Of a stretch of DNA of 64,000 bases, positions 26,658 through 36,500 are shown piece after piece. Under the pieces are notes generated by a model, which did not search any database, was not told the DNA's origin, and worked only from the letters and a program-made list of their open reading frames with translations. Origin of the DNA: an uncultured virus (IMG/VR IMGVR_UViG_3300028593_001674). Its lineage: Duplodnaviria; Heunggongvirae; Uroviricota; Caudoviricetes. A program made the translations under genes and the position numbers. The DNA lies in IMG/VR virus record IMGVR_UViG_3300028593_001674; one strand, given 5' to 3'. Position 1 is the first letter of the stretch. The number at the start of each line of letters is the position of its first letter.

Positions 26658-27925
26658 AAACAGCAGAACTGCGAATGATTCCTGTCTCGGAGCTGAAGCC
26701 TGCGGAATACAATCCAAGAAAAAAGCTGAAGCCCGGCGACAAGGAATACGAAAAAATCAAAAACAGCATCGAGGAATTCGGATTTGCCGATCCGCTTGTT
26801 GTCAATGCGGACATGACCATCATAGGAGGACATCAAAGATTATCAGTGGCGATGGCACTCGGCTACACTGATGTGCCCTGTGCGGTGGTCGATGTAGATA
26901 AAGTCCGCGAAAAAGCGCTGAATATTGCGCTTAACAAGATCACGGGAGCATGGGATGAAAACATGTTGGCTGAACTGCTTGAAGATATCCAGAACAGTAA
27001 TTTTGACCTCGGCAAGACCGGATTTGATCCGCCGGAGATCGAACAGCTTTTCAATCAGGTGCATGACAAGCAGGTCAAAGAGGACGGATTTGACGTTGAC
27101 GAGGAACTGAAAAAGCCGACCTTCTCCAAGCCCGGCGACATATGGTATCTGGGACGGCATCGTGTTATCTGCGGCGACAGCACTGTTGCGGAGACATACA
27201 CAAAACTGATGAACGGGCAAAAAGCAAATCTCGTCCTGACTGATCCGCCTTACAATGTGGACGTTGAGGAGACTGCCGGTAAGATCATGAACGACAACAT
27301 GAGCGACGGCGATTTCTATAATTTCCTGCTTGCCGCCTATAAATGTATGCACGAGAGTCTTGCCGATGACGGTAGCATTTATGTGTGGCACGCCGATACC
27401 GAGGGGCTGAACTTCCGAAAGGCTTTCAAGGACGCAGGATTCCAGCTTTCCGGCTGCTGTATCTGGAAGAAGAATTCACTGGTTCTCGGCAGGAGTCCGT
27501 ATCAGTGGATCCATGAACCGTGCCTGTTCGGCTGGAAGCAGAAAGGCAAGCACCAGTGGTATTCCGATCGAAAGCAGACTACTGTCTGGGAATACGACAA
27601 GCCCAAGAGCAGCCCGGATCACCCGACTACAAAGCCGATCACACTCATGGCATATCCAATCAAAAACAGCACCATGACAAACGGCGTCGTCCTCGACCCG
27701 TTCCTCGGAAGCGGCTCAACGCTGATCGCCTGCTGTGAAACCGACCGCATTTGCCGGGGTATCGAGCTTGATCCTAAATTTGTGGATGTCATTGTTAATC
27801 GTTTCCGCAGTTGGTGCGAGGAAAAACAGACTGTAGCTGATGTATATGTCATTCGTGACGGTCAGAAGTTGACCTACGAGGAAGCCCTTGCAGAAATGCC
27901 GCAGGACGGTGATGTCAATGAATGA
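26654..27925 (+). CDS. ParB-like domain plus N4/N6 DNA methyltransferase
   Basis: YNPRK..GGHQR; TDPPY; HPTTKP; DPFLGSGS. Confidence 0.9.
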   Translation: MKTAELRMIPVSELKPAEYNPRKKLKPGDKEYEKIKNSIEEFGFADPLVVNADMTIIGGHQRLSVAMALGYTDVPCAVVDVDKVREKALNIALNKITGAWDENMLAELLEDIQNSNFDLGKTGFDPPEIEQLFNQVHDKQVKEDGFDVDEELKKPTFSKPGDIWYLGRHRVICGDSTVAETYTKLMNGQKANLVLTDPPYNVDVEETAGKIMNDNMSDGDFYNFLLAAYKCMHESLADDGSIYVWHADTEGLNFRKAFKDAGFQLSGCCIWKKNSLVLGRSPYQWIHEPCLFGWKQKGKHQWYSDRKQTTVWEYDKPKSSPDHPTTKPITLMAYPIKNSTMTNGVVLDPFLGSGSTLIACCETDRICRGIELDPKFVDVIVNRFRSWCEEKQTVADVYVIRDGQKLTYEEALAEMPQDGDVNE

Positions 27926-28721
27926 GCAGAAACCTATACTTCATGTAGTCAGCTTTAGTGGAGGTAAGGACTCAACAGCCATGCTTCTTAAAATGCTGGA
28001 ACTTGGTATGCAGATTGATGTGGTATTATTTTGTGATACCGGTCTGGAATTTTCACAGCTTTATGAGCATATGCACAAAGTCGAGGAAAATACAGGCATA
28101 AAGATAACAACTGTTAAGAGCGATTACAGTTATGAATACCTTATGTTCGACAAGTCCATCAAGCGTAAAAAGCCGGAATTGCAAGGCAAGACCGGATTTA
28201 GCTGGGCAGGTCCGCTGATGCGGTGGTGTACCAATCTTCTGAAAACAGTACCTCGTGAGAAATATCTCCGTGAGCTGAAAAAGAAGTACGATGTGATCGA
28301 ATACATCGGCATTGCCGCTGACGAAACGGAGCGTATCACTCACAAATGTAACAGCCGTCCCAACGTCCGCCTGCCGCTTGTAGAATGGGGCATGACCGAA
28401 GCAGACTGTCTTGCTTACTGCAAAGAGCACGGCTACGACTGGGGCGGACTGTATGAAAAATTCGGACGTGTATCCTGTTGGTGCTGTCCCCTGCAGCCGT
28501 TATCGGAACTGCGGATTCTCTATTATGACTTCCCCGATCTCTGGAAACAGCTCAGAGAATGGGACAATAAAACATGGCGCACTTTCAAGCCCGGATGGTC
28601 AGTCCGGCAGCTTGAGGTGCGCTTTGATTTTGAAAAAGAGTGGCAGAACTGCGGAAAACAGCGCGGCACTAAGGAGTTCCGCAAAGAGCTGAAAAAGAGA
28701 TTGGAGGGTGTTAATGAATGA
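27918..28721 (+). CDS. PAPS-reductase-family (PP-loop) protein
   Basis: SFSGGKDS, DTGLEF, RWCT..LK, RVSCWCCP. Confidence 0.85.
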   Translation: MNEQKPILHVVSFSGGKDSTAMLLKMLELGMQIDVVLFCDTGLEFSQLYEHMHKVEENTGIKITTVKSDYSYEYLMFDKSIKRKKPELQGKTGFSWAGPLMRWCTNLLKTVPREKYLRELKKKYDVIEYIGIAADETERITHKCNSRPNVRLPLVEWGMTEADCLAYCKEHGYDWGGLYEKFGRVSCWCCPLQPLSELRILYYDFPDLWKQLREWDNKTWRTFKPGWSVRQLEVRFDFEKEWQNCGKQRGTKEFRKELKKRLEGVNE

Positions 28722-29499
28722 TGTAAAATGTGAATTGTATCACGATAATTTTCAAAATCACCGCCGATACAATTTAGCTCCTGCACAACTCATCATTGCG
28801 GATATTCCGTACAACATTGGAACTGATTTCTACGCAAGCCGTCCTGAGTGGTATGTGGACGGCGACAATCAAAACGGCGAAAGTGAAAAAGCACACAAAG
28901 CGGCGTTCAATACGGATTACAGCTTTAATATTGCGGAATTCATGCACTTTGCGTCCCGACTGCTCAAAAAAGAGCCGTCCAAAGGCGAAAAGGACGCTCC
29001 CTGTATGATAGTTTTCTGTGCATTTCAGCAGATACCCTTGATATTGAATCAAGCTGAAAAATACGGCTTCAAAAAATATCAGTTTTTGGTGTTCACAAAG
29101 AAAAGTTCACCGCAGGTGCTAAAGGCAAATATGCGAATCGTTGGAGCAACAGAATATGCCCTTGTTCTCTATCGGAATAAACTGCCGAAGTTCCGAAATA
29201 CCGACGCGGACGGTAAGCGGCACATGATCCTCGACCACTTCAATTGGGAGCGTGACGGCAAAGAGATCCCGAAAATACATCCAAGCCAGAAACCGATCAC
29301 TGTGCTGAAACGCCTGATCGAAATATTCACCGATCCGGGTGACGTGGTGATCGATCCCTGCGCCGGTTCAGGCTCTGCACTCAGAGCCGCAAGAGAACTG
29401 GGGCGGCATAGCTACGGATTTGAAGTAAGCAAGGAATTTTACACAAAAGCCTGTAAGCAGATGCTTGCAGAGAACAGCGGAGGGAATGAAAATGAATGA
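28714..29499 (+). CDS. N4/N6 DNA methyltransferase
   Basis: DIPY, HPSQKP, DPCAGSGS. Confidence 0.88.
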   Translation: MNDVKCELYHDNFQNHRRYNLAPAQLIIADIPYNIGTDFYASRPEWYVDGDNQNGESEKAHKAAFNTDYSFNIAEFMHFASRLLKKEPSKGEKDAPCMIVFCAFQQIPLILNQAEKYGFKKYQFLVFTKKSSPQVLKANMRIVGATEYALVLYRNKLPKFRNTDADGKRHMILDHFNWERDGKEIPKIHPSQKPITVLKRLIEIFTDPGDVVIDPCAGSGSALRAARELGRHSYGFEVSKEFYTKACKQMLAENSGGNENE

Positions 29500-30256
29500 A
29501 ATTGCAATCGTTGTCAGTTATGACAATGAAAAACCGACAGTCAGCGGTCGTGAGCTGCACAAGGCTCTCGAAATAGAAACACCGTACAGAATATGGTTTC
29601 CGAGAATGTGCGAATATGGGTTTACAGAAAACATCGACTATACCCCGTACAAATTTGTACACCCCCAGAATCATCAGGAAACAACCGACCACCAACTCAC
29701 TATCGACATGGCAAAAGAGCTGTGCATGATTCAGCGGACAGAAATCGGCAAGAGATGCCGTGAATATTTTCTGCGCATCGAGCAGCAGTGGAACAGCCCG
29801 GAAGCTGTCATGGCGCGAGCCTTGCAGTTTGCGAATCAGCGATTGGAGCTTATCATGGAGCAGAACAGTCAACTGCTTGAAAAGAGTGTTGTGCAGGAAA
29901 AACTGATCGAGGAAATGCAGCCGAAAGTAAGCTACTGCGATATTGTGCTGAACTGCAAAGAACTTGTTACTGTAAACTCCATTGCTAAAGACTATGGCAA
30001 ATCGGCTGTCTGGCTGAACAAGTGGCTGCACGAGCATGGTATTCAGTACAAGCAGGGCGAGGTTTGGCTGCTGTATCAGAAATATGCGGGTAAGGGCTAT
30101 GTCAAATCCAAAACGACCACATTTATCGGAACTGACGGCGGTCAGCACGCAAAATCGCATACTTACTGGACGCAACGGGGCAGGATTTTCCTTTACGAGC
30201 TGCTGAAGGAAAACGGCATACTGCCGCTGATCGAGCAGAACCATGACGAAGCGTGA
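29492..30256 (+). CDS. phage antirepressor (AntA N-terminus, KilAC C-terminus)
   Basis: VSGRELHKAL, IDMAKELCM, IAKDYG, TYWTQRGR. Confidence 0.88.
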   Translation: MNEIAIVVSYDNEKPTVSGRELHKALEIETPYRIWFPRMCEYGFTENIDYTPYKFVHPQNHQETTDHQLTIDMAKELCMIQRTEIGKRCREYFLRIEQQWNSPEAVMARALQFANQRLELIMEQNSQLLEKSVVQEKLIEEMQPKVSYCDIVLNCKELVTVNSIAKDYGKSAVWLNKWLHEHGIQYKQGEVWLLYQKYAGKGYVKSKTTTFIGTDGGQHAKSHTYWTQRGRIFLYELLKENGILPLIEQNHDEA

Positions 30257-30449
30257 ATGTGCGGTCATAACCGCTTACACAGATATTTCCATGCTGCAAG
30301 GCAGTGATCTTAAATATCTGTACGACTATCTGTCGGGACTTATCGGCAGACCGATCTATTCCCATGAAATCCCCACGGTTTGTATGCAGTTCAAGGAGCA
30401 GATCAGGAAAGATTTTATCGATCTGTGCAGGAATGCAGCCGATGAGTGA
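30243..30449 (+). CDS. small hypothetical phage protein
   Basis: ORF overlapping both neighbours. Confidence 0.55.
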   Translation: MTKRECAVITAYTDISMLQGSDLKYLYDYLSGLIGRPIYSHEIPTVCMQFKEQIRKDFIDLCRNAADE

Positions 30450-31074
30450 TCTTATAAAAAGTATCGGCTACGACCAAGGCGAGATCCTTCGCAACATTCT
30501 AAAACTCCATGTGCCGGAGGGAAAGATCGACTGTGATCCGACTTTCAGCACTGGGGCTTTCTACAACGGAACAGGCATTGCTATTCCGCTGTACCGATTT
30601 GATATTTCTCCGCAGCGGAGCGATGTAGTACAAGCAGATGCCCGAAATCTTCCGCTTGCAGACAGCAGTATTTCCTGCATGATGCTCGATCCGCCGTTTT
30701 TAGCGACAAAGGGGAAATCACTGAGAAGCGGTAAAGGCAATATCATCAACAGACGTTTCGGTGTATATCCTGATGAGAAGAGTCTGCATCGGTGTTATGA
30801 GGAGATGCTTGCGGAAGCGTACAGAGTACTGAAACCGGACGGCATTCTGATCTTCAAGTGTCAGGATAAGGTCAGCAGCGGCAAGCAGTATATGAGTCAT
30901 GTGTATATCATAAACGAGGCGGTACGGATAGGCTTTTACCCAAAAGACTTGTTTATCTTGCTTGCAAAAAGCCGTCTGGTAGCCGGTTGGCAAAGAAATC
31001 AAAAACATAGCCGAAAGTATCATAGTTACTTTCTGGTATTTCAGAAAAATAACAGGCGTATTGAGTACGTCTGA
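30442..31074 (+). CDS. small N6/N4 DNA methyltransferase
   Basis: DPTFSTG, DARNLP, DPPF, RVLKPDG. Confidence 0.8.
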   Translation: MSDLIKSIGYDQGEILRNILKLHVPEGKIDCDPTFSTGAFYNGTGIAIPLYRFDISPQRSDVVQADARNLPLADSSISCMMLDPPFLATKGKSLRSGKGNIINRRFGVYPDEKSLHRCYEEMLAEAYRVLKPDGILIFKCQDKVSSGKQYMSHVYIINEAVRIGFYPKDLFILLAKSRLVAGWQRNQKHSRKYHSYFLVFQKNNRRIEYV

Positions 31075-31087
31075 GTTTGGAGGTAAA

Positions 31088-34000
31088 ATGGAACAGAATA
31101 AACTGACGCTTGGCAGCCTGTTTGACGGCTCGGGCGGATTTCCACTTGGCGGCATTCTTGCCGGAATAGAGCCGATTTTCGCATCAGAAATTGAACCTTT
31201 TCCAATTCTAGTCACGCACAAACGACTGCCGGGCGTAAAGCACTACGGCGATGTATCCAAACTCAGCGGCACAGAGTTGCCACCGGTGGATATCATCACG
31301 TTCGGCAGTCCATGTTTTCCAGAGGGTACTCTTGTACTGACTGATGAAGGGTATATGCCAATTGAAGAAGTTACAGTTGGTATGAAGGTTCTCACACATA
31401 AGGGGAGATGGAAAACCGTAACTGCTGCCGGTGCAAAATACGGAGAGACTGTTCTACTAAAGGGTAACCACTATGGCTTGGAATGCACAAAAAACCATCC
31501 GATTTACAGCAGCGGTGAAAAAAAGTTTTTTCCCCAGCTTGGAAATGGAAAACGAGGAAATTACACACTGTTGACTGATAAAAAAGAGTGGGTAGCGGCA
31601 GAGCAGATGAAAGGTAGACTGTGGGCAGTTCCACATCATATCGATAGTCTGCCTATTGCCTCGCCTGTGTATTCAGGCTCATGGCGACAGAAAACCATGC
31701 CAGAACTGTCAGACAGCTTGTTCTATTTTGTTGGCAGATGGCTCGGTGACGGATGGGTATGCAACGGTCAGCGATCAGGTCGTCCTGCAGGAGAAACTTA
31801 CGGTAAAATATATCTGTGTGATTCTCTCGATAAAGAAAACGAACTGATCAGTACAGTTCGTACAGTTACCAAGAGGTATACGGTCTGCCATGAAAAAAGT
31901 ATAGTCAAGGTATCATTTGTCTCACAGGTTTTTGCTGAATGGCTGACAGATAATTTTGGTGAGTATGCATCAGGCAAAAGAATGCCCGGATGGGCGTTTG
32001 GTATGCCGTTCTCCTATAAACAGAGCTTGCTGAAAGGTATCATTGATTCTGACGGAAGTCCCGTTGCCGGAAAAGATAACTGTCACAGAATCTCAACTAT
32101 CAGCAAAGCTCTTGCAGAAAGTGTCCGCCTTCTTGCAGAAGGTCTGGGATACTCAACAACTGTTTTTAAGAGCGTAGTCGATAAAACAAAGAAAATCGAA
32201 GGTAGGATCGTAAATCAGCATGACTACTATACTGTAGCAGTGACGAAAGAAGGCAGGCGGAAACATCTGACAGACAGTTTACACGGCTGGTATCGAGTGC
32301 GGAGCGTATATCCGACTCATAAAGCAAAAGTTGTATACAATCTGACTGTGCAAGATGACAACAGCTATATCGCAGATGGTATCGTTGTTCATAACTGTCA
32401 GGACCTGTCTATCGCCGGAAAACGTGCAGGAATTCACGGCAATCGGTCAGGATTGTTCTTTCAAGCAATCAGAATCATCAAAGAAATGAGGAATGCTACA
32501 AATGGCAAATATCCAAGATACGCAATCTACGAAAATGTCCTTGGTGCCTTCTCCTCAAACGGAGGAAATGATTTCAAAGCTGTCCTCGAAGCAGTTATCG
32601 GAGTTAAAGAAGAAGGGATCGAGGTGCCTCCGCCTAAGAATCACCGATGGCCGAAAGCGGACGTATATCTGGGAGACGGATGGAGCGTGGCTTACCGAGT
32701 TTTCGACGCTCAATACTGGGGCGTCCCCCAGCGAAGATCAAGAATCTACCTTGTCGCAGATTTTGCTGGCGGAAGTGCCGGAGAAGTATTATTTAAGTCC
32801 GAGGGCGTGTCTGGGTATACTCCGCAGAGCTTCCGTTCGTGGGAAGGAGCTGCCGGAGGTGCTGAAGAAAGCTCTGGAACGGCAGGCAGGCGGTCTGACG
32901 CTGGAGATAGAACCTACTGCCTGAATACACAAGGCAACAGCGGTGTTGGCATCACCGAAGGCAAGTCGCTCGCATTAGTCTCGCAAGACCATGGCAATCA
33001 TCCGGCGGTACTTCATGCCGCAGGCTTCTCCACGGAACACAGCGCAAAGGCGCGGAGTATCGGCTATGAGGAAGAAGTATCTCCGACTTTGAGAGCCGGT
33101 GTTGTTCCGGCAGCGCTTTCCGTGGAAAATCATCCGACAGACGGTCGGGTGAAGATCCGTGAGGATAACACCTGCCAGACACTTTGCAGCAGAGCCGGGA
33201 CAGGCGGCAACAATGTACCGCTTGTGGCTGAACCAATCACGCTGAAAATACGCTGCGGTAAACCGGGTGGTGGGAAAGGAGCGCAGGTCACTTATGATAA
33301 GTCATCAACATTGTCAACAAACAACGACCAGACGCTATTTCAGCCCGAAATAAAGGCATTCGGTGTATGCAGTAAGCATTCCAATGCGATGATGTCGGAC
33401 AACCCGCACAGCGGTTTTTATGAAGCGACCACAAGCAGAACCCTTGACCAGAGCGGCGGAAACAGCGTCACATCGAATCAGGGCGGAATCTGTGTGGTTG
33501 CACCTGCGCCAGAAACCTACGATGTACGTTTCACATCGGACGGCACGAAAAACGCAAGAGGTCACTGCTATCCTACAGAAATCTCACGCTGTCTCGATAC
33601 AAGCGAAAGCAATCCCGACAGCAACCACGGCGGTGTATGCGTGGTCGCTCTCGAACCCGGTGCGGCATCGAGAGTCGGCGGTCATATCTACAGCGACGGT
33701 AAATCCGGTACGCTCCGAGCCAATGCAGGAGATAATCAGCAAGCTGTCATGATGCCGGAGACTTATTCGCTGCAAGGCTCGATGATAGGTCGTGCAGATA
33801 AAAACGGCCCGCAGGGTGACGGTATTAATAAAGATGTGTGCTTTACCTTAAACTGTGCAGATCATCACGCAGTTGCGGCACCGGCTGATTCCTCCTATAC
33901 AATATCCCGTGACAATCACTTCGCTGTTGCCGAAGATGTATCTGTAACGGCAGTGGCAAGAGGTCCTGCAACTGTGGCGCACCCGGAAGCCGACCACTAC

Positions 34001-34465
34001 AGCACAAGCAAAAATTCTCATCACACCGTTGCCGCACATGAACAGGCAAATACACTGGTCGCATCGGACTGGAAAGATCCTCCGCTTGTCAACGATACGC
34101 CCAATCAAGAACCGGCATACATCGTCCGCAGGCTAACTCCGGTGGAATGTGCAAGATTGCAGGGCTTTCCCGACTGGTGGTGTTCTGATCTCGCAATTTC
34201 CGATCCTTCTGATGATGAAATTGCATTCTGGACGGAAGTCTGGGAAACTTGGCGCAGCCTCACAAATCCCAATGGCAAACCAAAAACGGAAAAGCAGATC
34301 AGAAAATGGCTGGCTGATCCGTATACGGATAGTGCGGAGTATAAATTGTGGGGAAATGGAATTTCATTGCCGATAGTTTTTTTCGTTCTATCCGGTATTG
34401 TTTGGGCAGCGAATGCAGCAAATTGTGAACGAACTGATACTATGTTATTTTCCGAATTCACATAA
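31088..34465 (+). CDS. C5-cytosine DNA methyltransferase with intein and long variable region
   Basis: SLFDGSGG, GSP/CQ, ENV, QRRSRI, RRLTPVECARLQGFP, LWGNG. Confidence 0.92.
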   Translation: MEQNKLTLGSLFDGSGGFPLGGILAGIEPIFASEIEPFPILVTHKRLPGVKHYGDVSKLSGTELPPVDIITFGSPCFPEGTLVLTDEGYMPIEEVTVGMKVLTHKGRWKTVTAAGAKYGETVLLKGNHYGLECTKNHPIYSSGEKKFFPQLGNGKRGNYTLLTDKKEWVAAEQMKGRLWAVPHHIDSLPIASPVYSGSWRQKTMPELSDSLFYFVGRWLGDGWVCNGQRSGRPAGETYGKIYLCDSLDKENELISTVRTVTKRYTVCHEKSIVKVSFVSQVFAEWLTDNFGEYASGKRMPGWAFGMPFSYKQSLLKGIIDSDGSPVAGKDNCHRISTISKALAESVRLLAEGLGYSTTVFKSVVDKTKKIEGRIVNQHDYYTVAVTKEGRRKHLTDSLHGWYRVRSVYPTHKAKVVYNLTVQDDNSYIADGIVVHNCQDLSIAGKRAGIHGNRSGLFFQAIRIIKEMRNATNGKYPRYAIYENVLGAFSSNGGNDFKAVLEAVIGVKEEGIEVPPPKNHRWPKADVYLGDGWSVAYRVFDAQYWGVPQRRSRIYLVADFAGGSAGEVLFKSEGVSGYTPQSFRSWEGAAGGAEESSGTAGRRSDAGDRTYCLNTQGNSGVGITEGKSLALVSQDHGNHPAVLHAAGFSTEHSAKARSIGYEEEVSPTLRAGVVPAALSVENHPTDGRVKIREDNTCQTLCSRAGTGGNNVPLVAEPITLKIRCGKPGGGKGAQVTYDKSSTLSTNNDQTLFQPEIKAFGVCSKHSNAMMSDNPHSGFYEATTSRTLDQSGGNSVTSNQGGICVVAPAPETYDVRFTSDGTKNARGHCYPTEISRCLDTSESNPDSNHGGVCVVALEPGAASRVGGHIYSDGKSGTLRANAGDNQQAVMMPETYSLQGSMIGRADKNGPQGDGINKDVCFTLNCADHHAVAAPADSSYTISRDNHFAVAEDVSVTAVARGPATVAHPEADHYSTSKNSHHTVAAHEQANTLVASDWKDPPLVNDTPNQEPAYIVRRLTPVECARLQGFPDWWCSDLAISDPSDDEIAFWTEVWETWRSLTNPNGKPKTEKQIRKWLADPYTDSAEYKLWGNGISLPIVFFVLSGIVWAANAANCERTDTMLFSEFT
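31313..32395 (+). mobile_element. intein in the C5-MTase (361 aa) with LAGLIDADG endonuclease
   Basis: CFPEGT start, CTKNHP, VGRWLGDG and KGIIDSDG, ends IVVHN followed by the catalytic Cys. Confidence 0.93.
32502..32924 (+). CDS. alternative-frame polypeptide nested in the C5-MTase gene (putative second subunit)
   Basis: LSQILLAEVPEKYYLSPRACLGILRRASVRGKELPEVLKKAL; GAGG 10 nt before ATG. Confidence 0.55.
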   Translation: MANIQDTQSTKMSLVPSPQTEEMISKLSSKQLSELKKKGSRCLRLRITDGRKRTYIWETDGAWLTEFSTLNTGASPSEDQESTLSQILLAEVPEKYYLSPRACLGILRRASVRGKELPEVLKKALERQAGGLTLEIEPTA

Positions 34466-34521
34466 AGTTATCATGTAGAATAATAACAGATTTCTGCCAG
34501 ATATTTCGTCATATGTCACAC

Positions 34522-34550
34522 TTGCAATCTGTGGAAAAACGAGTTAATAT
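34522..34550 (+). promoter_or_regulatory. sigma70-type promoter, cassette 1
   Basis: TTGCAA-N17-TAATAT. Confidence 0.45.
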
Positions 34551-34598
34551 GTGATTACGGAAACGCCGCAGAGACGGCAAAAAAATGGAGGTAATCAC

Positions 34599-35240
34599 AT
34601 GAATATCGAATTCAATCTCACAGGTGAAGATCGCAAGAAACTGGTTAGAGCAGTCAGCGAAATAATCGGGATTCCTGCCGAATACCAGTATATGCCAACC
34701 TGTGCATACAGCATCGGCGAGCATTACACCATCACCAAAGACGGTACACTGATTATCAGCGATGATGCGGACGAAAAGGAAATCAGCAATCTGTTATCAA
34801 AGCTGGAACAGCAGGGCTATTCTGCGGCATCTGACAACGCAAAGCTTACCGTTCAGATGCCGCGGGATTCCCTTGATGAAAGAACGCTGAACAGAGTCCG
34901 TCGGATTCTTGAAAACAAGGGGGAACTTTTCAAGGCGGCATTTCAGACAGACAGCCTTGAAATAGAAATCAGCGAAAAATCGGTAGATTTCCCTTGGTTC
35001 ACGGCTGAACAGGACGGCGATGCAGATGCCTACTGCACCTTTATTTCGATGCTCTGCGAATTTGCAAGAAATTTGAATCGCATCAACAACAAGCCCGATA
35101 CAAGCGACAATCTAAAGTACGCATTCCGATGTTTTCTGCTGCGGATGGGTATGATCGGGACAGAGTTCAAGTCAGCAAGAAAAGTGCTGCTCCGAAATCT
35201 ACCGGGAAGTTCGGCGTTCAGACATATATCGGCTTCTTGA
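34599..35240 (+). CDS. conserved prophage protein (often labelled virulence-related)
   Basis: RKKLVRAVSEI, FPWF, KYAFRCFLLRMG..ARKVLLRNLPGSSAF. Confidence 0.7.
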   Translation: MNIEFNLTGEDRKKLVRAVSEIIGIPAEYQYMPTCAYSIGEHYTITKDGTLIISDDADEKEISNLLSKLEQQGYSAASDNAKLTVQMPRDSLDERTLNRVRRILENKGELFKAAFQTDSLEIEISEKSVDFPWFTAEQDGDADAYCTFISMLCEFARNLNRINNKPDTSDNLKYAFRCFLLRMGMIGTEFKSARKVLLRNLPGSSAFRHISAS

Positions 35241-35378
35241 ACACCCTTGGGGCGAATTTTTAATAGAGAACGCTCCTCCACTTTACTACATTTTACCATA
35301 GAAATGCAAGTATTGCAAGTGTGTATTTACACCAGACTTTTGGCGAAATACAGCCAAAAAGATTGTGTAGTAATGGTA

Positions 35379-35407
35379 TTGATTTATCCTCTGAAAGACG
35401 GTAATAT
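35379..35407 (+). promoter_or_regulatory. sigma70-type promoter, cassette 2
   Basis: TTGATT-N17-TAATAT. Confidence 0.45.
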
Positions 35408-35465
35408 GTTACTACCGAAAGGGAAAAAAGCCCTGAAAAACACCGAAATTACGGAGGAAAATACA

Positions 35466-36408
35466 ATGAACGAAAAGACAAGAATCCAGATTGAGAACCT
35501 CAAGAATCAGACAATCGGAGTGGAGATTGAGATGAACCACATCACCAGAAAAAAGGCCGCACAGGTTGCCGCCGACTTCTTCGGAACAGGCAGATTTGAG
35601 GATACGGCAAGAAGAAACGGCTACTACACTTGGTCGGCTTGGGATTCGCAGGGCAGAGAATGGAAGTTCCAGCGGGATGTTTCAATAGCAGGTCCCGACA
35701 GCGAAAAGTGCGAGCTGGTAACTCCGATACTTCACTACGAGGACATCGAAATCTTGCAGGAGCTTGTGAGAAAACTTCGCAAGGCAGGAGCAGTCAGCCA
35801 CGCAGGAATAGGGGCTGGGGTTCATTGCCACATCGGAGCAAAAGGACACACCCCGCAGAGCCTCAGAAACCTTGCCAACATCATGGCAAGCCACGAAAGG
35901 CTGATCGCCGACGCTTTGAAAATAGACCAAGGCAGAATCAACCGCTACTGCCGAACGGTAAACCCCACTTTTATAGAACAGCTCAACAAGAAAAAGCCTT
36001 CCACAATGGCACAGCTTGCGGACATCTGGTACACGACAAACAACGCAGACTACGGCAGAAATCAACACTACAACGACAGTAGATATCATATGCTGAATTA
36101 CCATGCAGTATTTACAAAATCCACAATCGAATTTAGGTGCTTTAACTTCGACAAGCCTGCTGATGGCAAGAAAAACGGACTTCATGCAGGACAGCTCAAG
36201 AGTTGGATTCAGCTTTGCCTTGCACTTTCTGAAATGGCAAAAGAGGTCAGAACGGCAAGCCCTAAGCCACAGCAAACCGAAAATCCGAAATTCGCAATGC
36301 GGACTTGGCTGATACGGCTTGGCATGGTTGGCGAGGAATTCGCTACGGCAAGGGATTTTCTTACAAAAAAACCTCGACGGCAATGCCGCATGGAGATACG
36401 GAACATAA
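35466..36408 (+). CDS. amidoligase (COOH-NH2 ligase type 2), frameshifted near the C-terminus
   Basis: GVEIE, DVSI, ELVTP, GVHCHIG, TIEFR; removing one A from the A7 run at 36365-36371 gives LTKNLDGNAAWRYGT*. Confidence 0.8.
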
Positions 36409-36500
36409 CGCAAAGGGACAGCCTTTTGCAACCTTAAAATGCCGCCTACGGGCGGCTTAGGGTGGTGAAAGGGTATTCCTTTCGGAAAGGAAGTATCACG

